DNA from: Ectobacillus sp.
GTDB lineage: Bacteria; Bacillota; Bacilli; Bacillales; Bacillaceae_G
Length of the DNA stretch: 64,000 nucleotides
Assembly: GCA_048976805.1 (NCBI GenBank)
Contig: JBHGUR010000035.1
Span: 5,069 to 69,068, forward strand
Reading direction: 5' to 3'
Shown here: one piece after another, positions 21,091 to 30,608 of the stretch
How positions within the stretch are numbered: the stretch's first letter is position 1
How the letters are laid out: every line of letters begins with the position of its first letter
Notes under the pieces: generated by a model
Databases searched by the model: none
What the model was told of the DNA's origin: nothing
The model's input: only the letters and a program-made list of their open reading frames with translations
Translations under genes and position numbers: made by a program

Positions 21091-21132
21091 AAAACCCGCT
21101 ACTATAAAACTTGTACAAAAAAGAAAGGACTG

Positions 21133-22287
21133 ATGCTCATGAGGAAAAGGATAATGGCGATCCTCCTCTCCTGTTCATTGGGAGCGGGGTTATTGGCAGG
21201 TTGTTCAAATGAAGCAGAATCATCACCGGTAAAAACAACAGAACAAAAGGTGAAAAAAGGAAATTTAGAGGTAGGCCTAGGGGCAGATGGAAGAATAAGC
21301 TTGCCCCTATCTAATTTGAATTTTGAAGTATCCGGTACTGTCAAGACAATAAATGTTCAAATAGGGCAAAAAGTAAATGCCGGGGATGTTCTTGCGGAAC
21401 TTGAGGATACCGATTTAAAGCTCGCTGTTACGCAGGCAGAAAACGCATTAAACAAAGCGGAAGCGAATTACTCTGAAGCGGTCAACAAGTATGAAATCGA
21501 TAAAATGGAGTCGAAATTAAAGGTTGACGAAGCAAAAGTTAAAATGGATGCCAAGCCAGATGACGCATCTCTCAAAGCAGCGTATGAATTGGAAAATAAG
21601 AAATATCAGACACTTCTCAACAGTCAGGGTGCTATTCAAAATGCCAAACTGGAGATAGAGGAAGCACAAAACAAATTGCAGGAAGCAAAAAATAATTTGA
21701 ATAAAATTTATCTCAAAGCACCGATTTCGGGTGAAATCATGAATATTAACTATAAAGTGGGTGAAGTGGTCTCAGGTATTAAGGCTGGAAATGATACAAA
21801 TTCAGCATCATCAGGAACAGCTTTTATGACCATTGTGGATCCAACAGTCATTTATGTAAAGGCAAGTGCAACTGAGAGTGATATTTCAGGAATCGAAAAA
21901 GGCCAGCAAATGAGGGTTGCAGTGGATTCTTTATCATTGGAGAACCTGCAGGGTGAAGTGGTTTCTGTTAACAACACACCGAATATTGATAATTCAGGAA
22001 TTGTTACTTATGAGGTTATCGGAAAATTAGCAGAACCAAACCCTGCTATTAAGGAAGGGATGACAACTTTTGTTACGTTCCTAAAGAAAGAAAAGAAAGA
22101 TGTTATTCTCGTCCCGAATAAAGCAATCTTTGTTGAAGACGGCAAGCAATATGTCAATGTTCAAACTGCAGAAGATAAAACAGAAAAAAGGGCGATTACC
22201 GGGGGGCTGACAAATGGTATCCAGACGGAGGTAGTTGAAGGTCTTAAAGAAGGAGAGACCGTCATCATAGGTGGTGTTCAAAAATGA
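21133..22287 (+). CDS. MacA/HlyD-type membrane-fusion adaptor lipoprotein
   Basis: Lipobox LLAGC, lipoyl halves (VKTINVQIGQKVNAGDVLA; LKAPISG) and a coiled coil. Confidence 0.88.
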   Translation: MLMRKRIMAILLSCSLGAGLLAGCSNEAESSPVKTTEQKVKKGNLEVGLGADGRISLPLSNLNFEVSGTVKTINVQIGQKVNAGDVLAELEDTDLKLAVTQAENALNKAEANYSEAVNKYEIDKMESKLKVDEAKVKMDAKPDDASLKAAYELENKKYQTLLNSQGAIQNAKLEIEEAQNKLQEAKNNLNKIYLKAPISGEIMNINYKVGEVVSGIKAGNDTNSASSGTAFMTIVDPTVIYVKASATESDISGIEKGQQMRVAVDSLSLENLQGEVVSVNNTPNIDNSGIVTYEVIGKLAEPNPAIKEGMTTFVTFLKKEKKDVILVPNKAIFVEDGKQYVNVQTAEDKTEKRAITGGLTNGIQTEVVEGLKEGETVIIGGVQK

Positions 22288-23522
22288 AATTAGTTGAGCA
22301 ATTGCGTTCTGTTATGCTCAGCGTGGCCCATAATAAATTCCGGGTGTTTTTGACTTCACTAGGAATCATTATTGGCACTTTTACCATCATTATGGTCGTG
22401 GGAATCGGAAATGCCAGCGAAAAGGCAGTTGAAGACCAATATAAAAGGCTATCTGTTGAGAGTATTACCATTTCACAAGCACGGGGCGGCGGGGGAGGTG
22501 GCAGAGGAGGAACCTCCACCTCCAAGTCTCTTACAAAAGAAGATGCCCTTCTGATGCCTGAGTTATTGACAAATGTTAAAAGTGTTGGCATCAGTACAAG
22601 AACTTCTTCGGAGATTGCCTATGGAACAACAGCTGAGACTGTAAATATCCAGGGAATCAACGAAGCGTATGCTGATATCACAAATCTTGTCCCAATTACT
22701 GGGGAACTGTTTACGGACGAAGATGGCTTACTGCGGAATAAGGTTGTCGTCCTTGGCTATAACATTGCAGACTTATTATTCGAGGGAGATATCCAATCGG
22801 CTGTAGGCCAGAAGGTTCTTTTAAAAGGGACATCCTATACGGTCACAGGAGTGCTGGACCGGATCGGCGGTTCTGGAGGAATGAGCACCGGAGGAGGAAT
22901 GGCCAATTCTGCTTCCGCTGATGATATGGCATTCATTCCTTATGATGTCGCCGTGAAATATACATCCGGCGGCGGTGGTGGTGCTGTGACCTTTATCGCA
23001 CAAGCCAACGATATTGACAGCGTCCAGCCGGCAATCGATGAAATCAAGCAATATATCGGGGAAATTACAGGTGATTCGGAATCCTATACCGTTGTAGACG
23101 CAGGAAGCACACTCGCATCTGCGCAGGAAACATCAAAAACTATGTCTGCCCTGTTAATTGCTGTGGCCGCTATCATCATGATTGTAAGCGGGATTGGAAT
23201 TATGAACGTACTAATGGTAGCCGTCAAGGAGCGTACACGTGAAATTGGCATCCTCAAGAGTATTGGTGCGGCAAGGAAGGTTATTTTAATGGAGTTTTTG
23301 CTTGAATCAACCTTCATTAGCCTTTGCGGAGGAGTATTCGGGGTGCTAATGAGTGTTTTTGCCCCATGGATTCTATCGTTCACAGATATTAAATACTTAG
23401 CTTCAGTCAAGGGTGTTTTTATTGGTCTTGGGTTCTCTGTCATAACGGGAATTTTCTTTGGCTACTACCCCGCCGCTAAGGCATCTAAGCTGAAGCCAAT
23501 TGAAGCACTAAACTACGATTGA
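22284..23522 (+). CDS. MacB/FtsX-family ABC permease
   Basis: LTSLGIIIG, VKERTREIGILKSIGA, GYYPAAKASKLKPIEAL motifs. Confidence 0.93.
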   Translation: MKLVEQLRSVMLSVAHNKFRVFLTSLGIIIGTFTIIMVVGIGNASEKAVEDQYKRLSVESITISQARGGGGGGRGGTSTSKSLTKEDALLMPELLTNVKSVGISTRTSSEIAYGTTAETVNIQGINEAYADITNLVPITGELFTDEDGLLRNKVVVLGYNIADLLFEGDIQSAVGQKVLLKGTSYTVTGVLDRIGGSGGMSTGGGMANSASADDMAFIPYDVAVKYTSGGGGGAVTFIAQANDIDSVQPAIDEIKQYIGEITGDSESYTVVDAGSTLASAQETSKTMSALLIAVAAIIMIVSGIGIMNVLMVAVKERTREIGILKSIGAARKVILMEFLLESTFISLCGGVFGVLMSVFAPWILSFTDIKYLASVKGVFIGLGFSVITGIFFGYYPAAKASKLKPIEALNYD

Positions 23523-23536
23523 TAGGAGTGGACAGC

Positions 23537-24088
23537 TTGAAGAAAAAGTTTAACAGTTCAATCTTAATATTGCTGCTTACTTTTACAATGGCAGCCTGTT
23601 CTAATACTAAAGAAGGAAATTCTGCTTCAACATCAGGAGAAAAAACCGGTAATTCGACTGTGGTTGCAAGTAACATGGATGAAATAGATTTATATGGTGA
23701 AGTATCTGAAATAATCGGCAATGAAGTTACATTGAGATTAATAGAAAAGCCTGAAAAACCTGCAAGGAATGGAGAGAATGATGGAAATGGCGGCGGCCGA
23801 GGAGGTGCAGGTGGCCGCGGTGGCGATGGTGCCAGCGGAGGTGGTGGTGCTATGAGAGAAAGAAAATATACAGGTGAAGAGAAAACCTTTGTCATCCCTG
23901 TAGGTGCCCCACTGGTGACAGTTACACGCGGGGAAAGCGGCATGGAAGAAAGCAAAATAAGCTTGAATGAAGTAACTCCGGGTAGCATCTTATCTGTCTA
24001 CTATGAGGAAGATGGGAAAACAATCGAAGAGATCAGAGTCCAAAAACCAAGAACAGGAGGTGGGCAAGGTGGCAGAGGCGGTAATTAA
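23537..24088 (+). CDS. Gly-rich lipoprotein, unknown function
   Basis: TTG start after AGGAG; lipobox MAAC; poly-Gly/Arg tracts. Confidence 0.75.
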   Translation: MKKKFNSSILILLLTFTMAACSNTKEGNSASTSGEKTGNSTVVASNMDEIDLYGEVSEIIGNEVTLRLIEKPEKPARNGENDGNGGGRGGAGGRGGDGASGGGGAMRERKYTGEEKTFVIPVGAPLVTVTRGESGMEESKISLNEVTPGSILSVYYEEDGKTIEEIRVQKPRTGGGQGGRGGN

Positions 24089-24089
24089 A

Positions 24090-24773
24090 ATGAAGGATGT
24101 TTATAAGTCATATGGCATCGGAGAACATAAAGTAAATGTCCTGAATGGTGTTTCTATTTCGGTTAACGCAGGTGAATTTGTAGCCATTCTGGGACCATCC
24201 GGATCCGGCAAAACCACATTGATGAACCTCATTGGGCTGATTGATACGATCGATCGCGGAGATTATTTTCTTGATGGACTCAATATTGTAGATCAGTCTG
24301 AACAAAAGTACGCTAGAATCAGGAATGAGAAAATCGGATTCGTCTTCCAAAAGTTTAACCTTATTTCTAAATATACCGCGTTGTACAACGTCGCCCTGCC
24401 CCTTCTTCTTAGAGGAGAAAGTTATAAGGATGCCAGGGAAAAAGCAGCAAAAACACTTGAAAGAGTAGGCCTGGGAGACCGGATAAACCATCGGCCCAAT
24501 CAGCTTTCAGGAGGACAGCAGCAACGCGTGGCCATCGCGCGTGCCCTGGTCGGGGATTGCCCTTTGATCCTTGCCGATGAACCAACAGGTGCTCTAGACC
24601 AGAAAACAGGAGGGGAGGTCCTCTCTTTTTTCCAGGAACTGAACCATGAAGGGAAAACCATCGTCATGATTACCCACGATGAAAATATTGCAGCAAAAGC
24701 GAAACGGGTAATCCGGGTGGAGGATGGTTCAATCCGTGAGAAGAACATGCAATTGGGCAATGCGCTATCATAA
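24090..24773 (+). CDS. ABC transporter ATP-binding protein (LolD/MacB type)
   Basis: GPSGSGKT, LSGGQQQRVAIARAL, ADEPTG motifs. Confidence 0.95.
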   Translation: MKDVYKSYGIGEHKVNVLNGVSISVNAGEFVAILGPSGSGKTTLMNLIGLIDTIDRGDYFLDGLNIVDQSEQKYARIRNEKIGFVFQKFNLISKYTALYNVALPLLLRGESYKDAREKAAKTLERVGLGDRINHRPNQLSGGQQQRVAIARALVGDCPLILADEPTGALDQKTGGEVLSFFQELNHEGKTIVMITHDENIAAKAKRVIRVEDGSIREKNMQLGNALS

Positions 24774-24878
24774 TAACTCTCTTTACATCATGGCCGGACT
24801 TATAAACAGTCCGGCCCAAAAATTCTATTAATTTCTAAAATGTAGAGCTGATGACATATGAAGGGAAGGTAATTATCA

Positions 24879-25275
24879 ATGTTGCGAATAAAGAAAGCCG
24901 GGCGTTTTTTTATCGTGTTTTTGATATTTGCTACATTTGCCGGAGGAAGGTACATATATTCATCTGGAAAACAAATAGAAAAGAACGATCCTGAACCGGA
25001 AATTACTTTGACAAGTGAAACTAAATTATCCAACACGATGATAAAAGATCCCAATCCATCCCCTGAAGAACCTGATAAAGTGTTGATTGAAGGTGTTCCT
25101 CATATTCAACAATTCCCTGAATTGCCGCGAGGATGCGAAGTTACCAGTTTGGCTATGATTATGCAATATGCAGGTGTTTCTATCGATAAAATGACTCTTG
25201 CAGAAGAGGTTGCAACAGTTCCTTTTCTTGATCAAAACGGAGTGCGGGAGTGCGAGGGAATCCAAATGACGGGTT
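24879..25275 (+). pseudogene. C39-like peptidase (YvpB-like), frameshifted and truncated
   Basis: LPRGCEVTSLAM motif. An 8-bp tandem duplication GGAGTGCG (25239-25254) shifts the frame before RGNPNDGF, and similarity then ends. Confidence 0.75.
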
Positions 25276-25654
25276 TGAGTACCTTTCCAGCAGTGTGGCG
25301 GGATTGGCAACAATTGAACAGGGCATCATCCGTCTATATATGATTGGTAAGACAAACAGACTGTTGACAAATCTGCAGAATCTAAACGCTTTAAGACAGC
25401 ACCTACCCTGGGCAAAAAATTTGAGCAGTACGAGATTCCTCTACATGCCAATCCAGCTAACGAAGACAATAATAAAGGAAGCAAGATAATGCCAAGGTAG
25501 GCACTCAAATTGTGAAAGTTGTAGTTGATATGGCAGCTCTTTTTATCGGTTTAATAAATAGCATTACTGCTGCTTTATCTTTTTTCGCTACATAGATAGG
25601 CGTTTGCTGCCAATGCCTTCACCAATCTAATTTGTTCTGAACGAAATATGTACT

Positions 25655-26218
25655 TTAAATTGGCCATATATCATGGAACCGTTCTTTAGCATAGCCAGCA
25701 ATCACCCATACAAGTAAAGCGTCTTTGCGCTTTGCACCAGAATCGCGCATTTGTAAAACCAGATGTTCAATGCGGATTACTTGAATTGGTTTAGAAAAAT
25801 GCTCGTTGATAAAAGCTTGCTGGTCTCTCTCGTCTGAAAGAAAATAGGGAATTCCCATCGTATGAGCATAGGCAATAGAGACAATTTCACCCCAATGACT
25901 TCCGTTTTCACGAGTGCCTTTTTCTCTTCGAAGTTTCTCAATGGTGTCTTCGTAGAGTATATAATGGAGTGAGCTTTGTTGTTGAAGAGCAGCAGTCGTA
26001 ACAATCTCGGCTCGACCTTTTTGGATCAGCACATCTATTTGCTCTTTTGCTTCCCTTGGTGTTAGAACTTCGTGATTGTATACATACTCATGAATCAGCA
26101 GCAGTCCTACATAGTGGGGTAAAATATCCTCAATAACTCTATATTTCCTTAGTCTCCCTAGCTTAATTGCAAAATCAGCATCCAAAATGGCGGTTTCCCA
26201 TATATAAGATTCAGTCAT
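25655..26218 (-). CDS. PIN-domain protein (DUF3368/VapC-like), putative toxin
   Basis: ILDAD after beta1, HEVL, GEIVSIAYA, FLSDERD acidic motifs; start overlaps the upstream stop. Confidence 0.65.
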   Translation of the reverse strand: MTESYIWETAILDADFAIKLGRLRKYRVIEDILPHYVGLLLIHEYVYNHEVLTPREAKEQIDVLIQKGRAEIVTTAALQQQSSLHYILYEDTIEKLRREKGTRENGSHWGEIVSIAYAHTMGIPYFLSDERDQQAFINEHFSKPIQVIRIEHLVLQMRDSGAKRKDALLVWVIAGYAKERFHDIWPI

Positions 26219-27029
26219 GTTCTTCCTCCAACAGCCGGTCAATTTCTTCTTCTGTCGACAGACTGTCCGGTGTAACGATGCCAAAGTCTTCGGGTTTTCG
26301 GTGCACGAGTCCAAGAAGATTTTGTAGGTGTTTAGGAGAAATTTGCCCGTGCTTATATAAGGAAAGGGCATGTTCCACTAATCCCTCATAGTGAACCAAC
26401 GGTTGTGCCTCTGCAGGCTCATCCAACTGGAGTGTTTTACGAATCAATGAGATATTTGAAATTTCCCATAACTGTTTTGCCGCATCCTTGTCAATGTAGC
26501 CAATTTCAAACAAGCGACGAACCATAGACTTGTAAGGGACTTGAAAAATGGTTGCTAACTCTACAACGTGGAAACTCGAGATAGTCCCAGAAGGAGCCGC
26601 AAGAAAGAGAAGCTCTTGCTCCAATACGTGCTTTGGCACAAGAAACATCGCAGCAAACAAATTTGCACGGAGTTCTCGTGTATTGTCTGTCTCATCCTCC
26701 AAGGTATCATTTCTTAGTAACTCGGGATGATTCAGATATTCTTTATCGAACCAAATGTGGTACAGCTCATGCGCTGCTGCAAAATATTGCTTCTCTTTTG
26801 GGATTTGGCTGTTGATGTAAACAAAAAGACGATTCTTCTTATGGCACACGAATGCGCACAGATTTTCATCTTGAAAAGGCGCTTGTAAAAGAGTAGCCTC
26901 TCTCTTTACAATTCTAAGTACATCTTTGCCAAGAATGCGAGAAGACTTATGCAGCTCGCTTAGCTTACTATTGGCTTTTGCCTCAATGTCCTGCATTTCT
27001 GTTCCAGAGAGAAGCGGAAGGAAGGTCAT
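26211..27029 (-). CDS. ImmA/IrrE-family Zn metallopeptidase
   Basis: FAAAHELYH (HExxH), ELRANLFAAMFLVP, FQVPYKSMVRRL motifs. Confidence 0.9.
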   Translation of the reverse strand: MTFLPLLSGTEMQDIEAKANSKLSELHKSSRILGKDVLRIVKREATLLQAPFQDENLCAFVCHKKNRLFVYINSQIPKEKQYFAAAHELYHIWFDKEYLNHPELLRNDTLEDETDNTRELRANLFAAMFLVPKHVLEQELLFLAAPSGTISSFHVVELATIFQVPYKSMVRRLFEIGYIDKDAAKQLWEISNISLIRKTLQLDEPAEAQPLVHYEGLVEHALSLYKHGQISPKHLQNLLGLVHRKPEDFGIVTPDSLSTEEEIDRLLEEEHD

Positions 27030-27391
27030 AATCGCTCCTCCTTTAACTTTTCAGACAATTCCTCTAACTCAATAAGTTGCTCCATAACAAAGTCTAAGTA
27101 TTGTAGATGCTGCCGAATGTCTGGATTGTCTGTGCTCTCCATCATAAAGAGGATGGGATCTTCAATGACAGTCGCCTTTGGAACACGCTGAATGAGATCA
27201 TCAACTTTCGTATTCATGATTTCAGCAATCCTTTGAATTTCTCCGATATTTGTTGCTTTCTTGCCGTTCACAATTTTGCTCATGACCTGCTTGGATACAC
27301 CTAAGCGCTCAGCAAATTCAACTTGACTCATATTATGGGCTTTAAGAAATTGTGCGATTTTGTCTCCAATCTCTTCAAAGATTGTTTTCAT
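27026..27391 (-). CDS. XRE-family HTH regulator
   Basis: MSQVEFAERLGVSKQVMSKIVNGK; AAGGAGG RBS; ATGA overlap with the peptidase gene. Confidence 0.9.
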   Translation of the reverse strand: MKTIFEEIGDKIAQFLKAHNMSQVEFAERLGVSKQVMSKIVNGKKATNIGEIQRIAEIMNTKVDDLIQRVPKATVIEDPILFMMESTDNPDIRQHLQYLDFVMEQLIELEELSEKLKEERL

Positions 27392-27412
27392 GTAAAACGC
27401 CTCCTTGTATTC

Positions 27413-27442
27413 AGTGTACGGTAATTCCTTTGATTGTGTCAA
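27413..27442 (-). promoter_or_regulatory. sigma-A-like promoter for the XRE-peptidase-PIN operon
   Basis: TTGACA-N18-TACACT immediately upstream of the RBS. Confidence 0.5.
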
Positions 27443-27512
27443 CAAATCGTGTACGATAAAGTTTGTATAAGTAAATAAATTATTGTCGAAAGGATATGTT
27501 TATATAATATAA

Positions 27513-27600
27513 ATAAAATCTCTTAGCAGCAAGGCAGAAGAGGCATTAGCGGACAACGATAAAGAAAGTAGTATCAAGAAATGGCAAGATATGTTTGGCC
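27513..27600 (+). pseudogene. putative CD-NTase (CBASS cyclase) C-terminal remnant
   Basis: IKSLSSKAEEALADNDKESSIKKWQDMFG resembles the terminal A..A...KW..(I/M)FG helices of CD-NTases; short, and recognised from memory. Confidence 0.5.
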
Positions 27601-28225
27601 CTTGCTGCTGGAATTGGTGCTGCAGAGATCGCAGATTTGTATTCACAGCAAACAAAAAGGATATTTGGTAAGAAGCGCGCTCTGTTTGGTATACGAAAAT
27701 CCAAGTACTCAAACGAACCCTTACAGCAGTTTCTTTTCGAAAAATTCGGGGGAAAGAGAATTACTGAGTCAAATGTCATGCTGTGCATCCCATCTATTGA
27801 GCATAGCAAAGCCGAACCAAAAGTATATAAGACACCGCACCATAAAGAATATATTATTGATGGTCAGAGGTATATGGGGGAGGCTGCTTTAGCCACTTCC
27901 GCAGCTCCAACTTTCTTTCCACCTGCAATGGTTGGCTAAGATCGATGGCGGACTGTGGGCAAACAATCCTGTCCTAGTAGGGATTGCAGAAGCAATTAAA
28001 CTAGGTTATCTGCTCTATCAGATTGAAGTGTTGTCCTTAGGAACAGGTGAACCAGTTTATTTTAATAAAAAAGGGCATCCGTTAGCAGGCGGCTTAATGC
28101 AATGGATGAACAATCTAATTGATCTTGCTTTTCAATCACAATCAAAAGGGTCGTTGACTTCGCTTGACGCTGCAAGGTCTGATCTTGTGCGGCATATGGT
28201 ATATGACATATATATAGCATGGCTT
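27595..28225 (+). pseudogene. patatin-like phospholipase (CapV-like), N-terminus deleted and frameshifted
   Basis: LALAAGIGAAEIADLY, SKYSNEPL, ATSAAPTFFP, then DGGLWANNP and VLSLGTG in another frame; the GxSxG nucleophile is missing. Confidence 0.8.
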
Positions 28226-28844
28226 GGACGCGTTCCAACAGCAAAATTCAGCTATTTCACAATCTTTTCGTTATGGTCAACTTTTATATCAACACCACCA
28301 CATGGGAGAGGGGAGAACCCGCGTCACTGCTGCTCCTTATTTAGGAAAAATCTAGTTAACATAATATATATTATACTAAGTTGTTTAGGGATAAAAAAAT
28401 ATGTATCAATAGTAAAGTTAACTTTGTTTTTTGAGATGGTTTGGGGATTTCAAGGTGCAATGATATATTATTTAGATTAAGACTTCTGAATAATAAATCG
28501 TCTACAAACTCATTTACAAAAAAAATCATTCAAAGCCGCATCATCACAGCTTGTTAACGACCTCGTTTTCATCCGAATCTCTAAAAATATATCGATAAAA
28601 TATATTTATGATAAAACCCCGTGTTTTTTTGCATTTTTATCATTTTTAATTATATTAGAATATCAATATACCCAATCAATAGGTACATCAAAAAACCGCA
28701 ACATATACGTTGCGGTCATCCTTTTTCCCCATATATCGCTCCTTTCTTTTTCTCTTTTATATATAAAGGATCCACACTAATCCTTAGCTGCTCCGCGATA
28801 ACCAACCCTTCCCTCCTTTTTTACGAATATATGCAAGATCGCCT

Positions 28845-29540
28845 CTAAGCGCAAGGCTCCGCTCTTGGAAGCGGGAATAACTGATCACCTGGACCTAAAA
28901 AGCGCCATGCATTCGGAGATGTCCAAACGGCTGCTTCGAATGGCCTCATCTTCAACAGCCTCATATTCCCCCTATTGAGATTTGCTTTTGGTGTACGGGA
29001 GTTATGCACAATTGCTGTGTGCCCCAGCACATTGTTTCTTACTTCAGGGTATCGAACAATCTTTCGGCTCCCTTGTTTTTCTGCTTGTCCTGCTGTTTTT
29101 GGAACAATGAACAAGGTATACTCAACCGCTTTCATTTTTTCTATCTTTTTGCGTCTCGCCTTTCTTCTGCCAGCTGCGGTCTCTTTTTCTTTTTGGACTA
29201 ACACATACTCATAGCCATATACTGTTTCTCTTTTAGCAATAAAAATCGAATTTGTAATTTTATATTCCTGTTCTTCAGTTGTTGCAGGGAATCTTAGCTT
29301 ATATTGAACTACATTTGCCCCCGCCTGTTTAGTTGTATAGTTGAGTCGAAGGATAGAGCTTTCATGCACAAAATGGAAGTCATACAGTTTTCCTTGTTCA
29401 TCTAATTGAATGCATAAGGTTAAGCCTTTTCTCCCTTTCTTTCGGGGTAAAATTGCCCTTTGCCGATTTTTTTTGATTCCGGAAAAGTTGACTAAGATGC
29501 AATTATGGCCTTCAATCGATGACAACTCCGCAAATCTCAT
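28845..29540 (-). CDS. hypothetical basic protein
   Basis: 231-codon ORF with GGAAGGGG RBS; no motif recognised. Confidence 0.6.
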   Translation of the reverse strand: MRFAELSSIEGHNCILVNFSGIKKNRQRAILPRKKGRKGLTLCIQLDEQGKLYDFHFVHESSILRLNYTTKQAGANVVQYKLRFPATTEEQEYKITNSIFIAKRETVYGYEYVLVQKEKETAAGRRKARRKKIEKMKAVEYTLFIVPKTAGQAEKQGSRKIVRYPEVRNNVLGHTAIVHNSRTPKANLNRGNMRLLKMRPFEAAVWTSPNAWRFLGPGDQLFPLPRAEPCA

Positions 29541-29812
29541 GCTATCCCCTTCCTTCCAAAGAAACTTTCAGGTAAATTTTACCTATGACAACAATTTCTA
29601 TTTGTTATACGTCTTTCCCTACTTTTCCCTCTAGCTTTTTATCGTCAACTTTGTATAAATAATGCGATTTATTTTCTTATATCGAATATTTTTGAGAAAA
29701 TTCACTAGCAAAAAACGTTGGTTGCCGTTATAATTTGTTAATTAAAAATAAACAAAAAAGCTGACCTAAAAGGTTCTAAACCTGATAAGTCAGCTTTCCT
29801 GTAGAATGTTAT

Positions 29813-30451
29813 TTAAGATTCTAATGAGGATAAAGCATCCATATTGCTCGCAATCATGGCAATAATCGTGCTTGCTTCTTCTTTGCTGAAAATAAAATTC
29901 GATTCATCTTCAATCACTTCATCATCTGCCGCCATAATGCGGTTTACCCGGCGCAAAATGCCATCGCCTGTCTCCTCGACAATTCCAAATTGATAAGTAA
30001 TTTCGACCTCATCTCCTTGCGCATACGCTGTCACTTTAGGAGTTGTCCATTCAACGTCGATTTCTTCATACACATCATCTTCTTCAAAGCATTCATGCTC
30101 TTCATCATCGCTTATGTCATACACATCTTCATCATCGTCCTCATTTATATAGCTGTGAAAGCTTTCGTGAACTGCATCCACAATATCTTCAATATCGGTA
30201 AAAATCGTTCTGGAAGTTTGGTCAAAATCTAAGTCAATCGATTCTATGTAAAATTCTCCATTGTACGGATCGAAAAACAAGGTACAAAAATATTCTCGAA
30301 TGTTATCGTCCGTTTCAATGAAAAATTCGATTCGTGGATGCTTTGCTCCTCTATCAATCGACATATGGCCAACTTGATCATATTTTTCACAAATGGATTC
30401 TAGATGGTCTTGCAGCTCTCCTGTTACACGATCAAACCATTCTAATAACAT
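29813..30451 (-). CDS. highly acidic hypothetical protein
   Basis: ORF; ATG at 30451 after AAGGAAGGG; D/E-rich linker. Confidence 0.7.
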   Translation of the reverse strand: MLLEWFDRVTGELQDHLESICEKYDQVGHMSIDRGAKHPRIEFFIETDDNIREYFCTLFFDPYNGEFYIESIDLDFDQTSRTIFTDIEDIVDAVHESFHSYINEDDDEDVYDISDDEEHECFEEDDVYEEIDVEWTTPKVTAYAQGDEVEITYQFGIVEETGDGILRRVNRIMAADDEVIEDESNFIFSKEEASTIIAMIASNMDALSSLES

Positions 30452-30608
30452 ACAGGTATCCCTTCCTTTCAAGGTTGTCGCCTTTATTATTTCCAACTGC
30501 ACCATTTTGAGCCACCAAATATAGCAAGAGCATATGCAATAATCTAGGAAAGCTCACCTGCATTTGCATATAATACTCTATCCGTTTTTAATACAAAGGA
30601 GTGTATCG

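Noticed and set aside
22480-23860. GGC/GGT-rich tracts as DNA repeats or contingency loci
   Set aside because: They are in-frame Gly linkers with mixed codons, not pure slippage tracts.
25326-25600. Minus-strand hydrophobic ORF fragments
   Set aside because: Multiple stops in all frames and no identifiable family; possibly a decayed membrane-protein gene.
28244-28480. 3' extension of ORF 27932-28480
   Set aside because: After about 28225 the translation loses patatin similarity and reads as AT-rich intergenic sequence.
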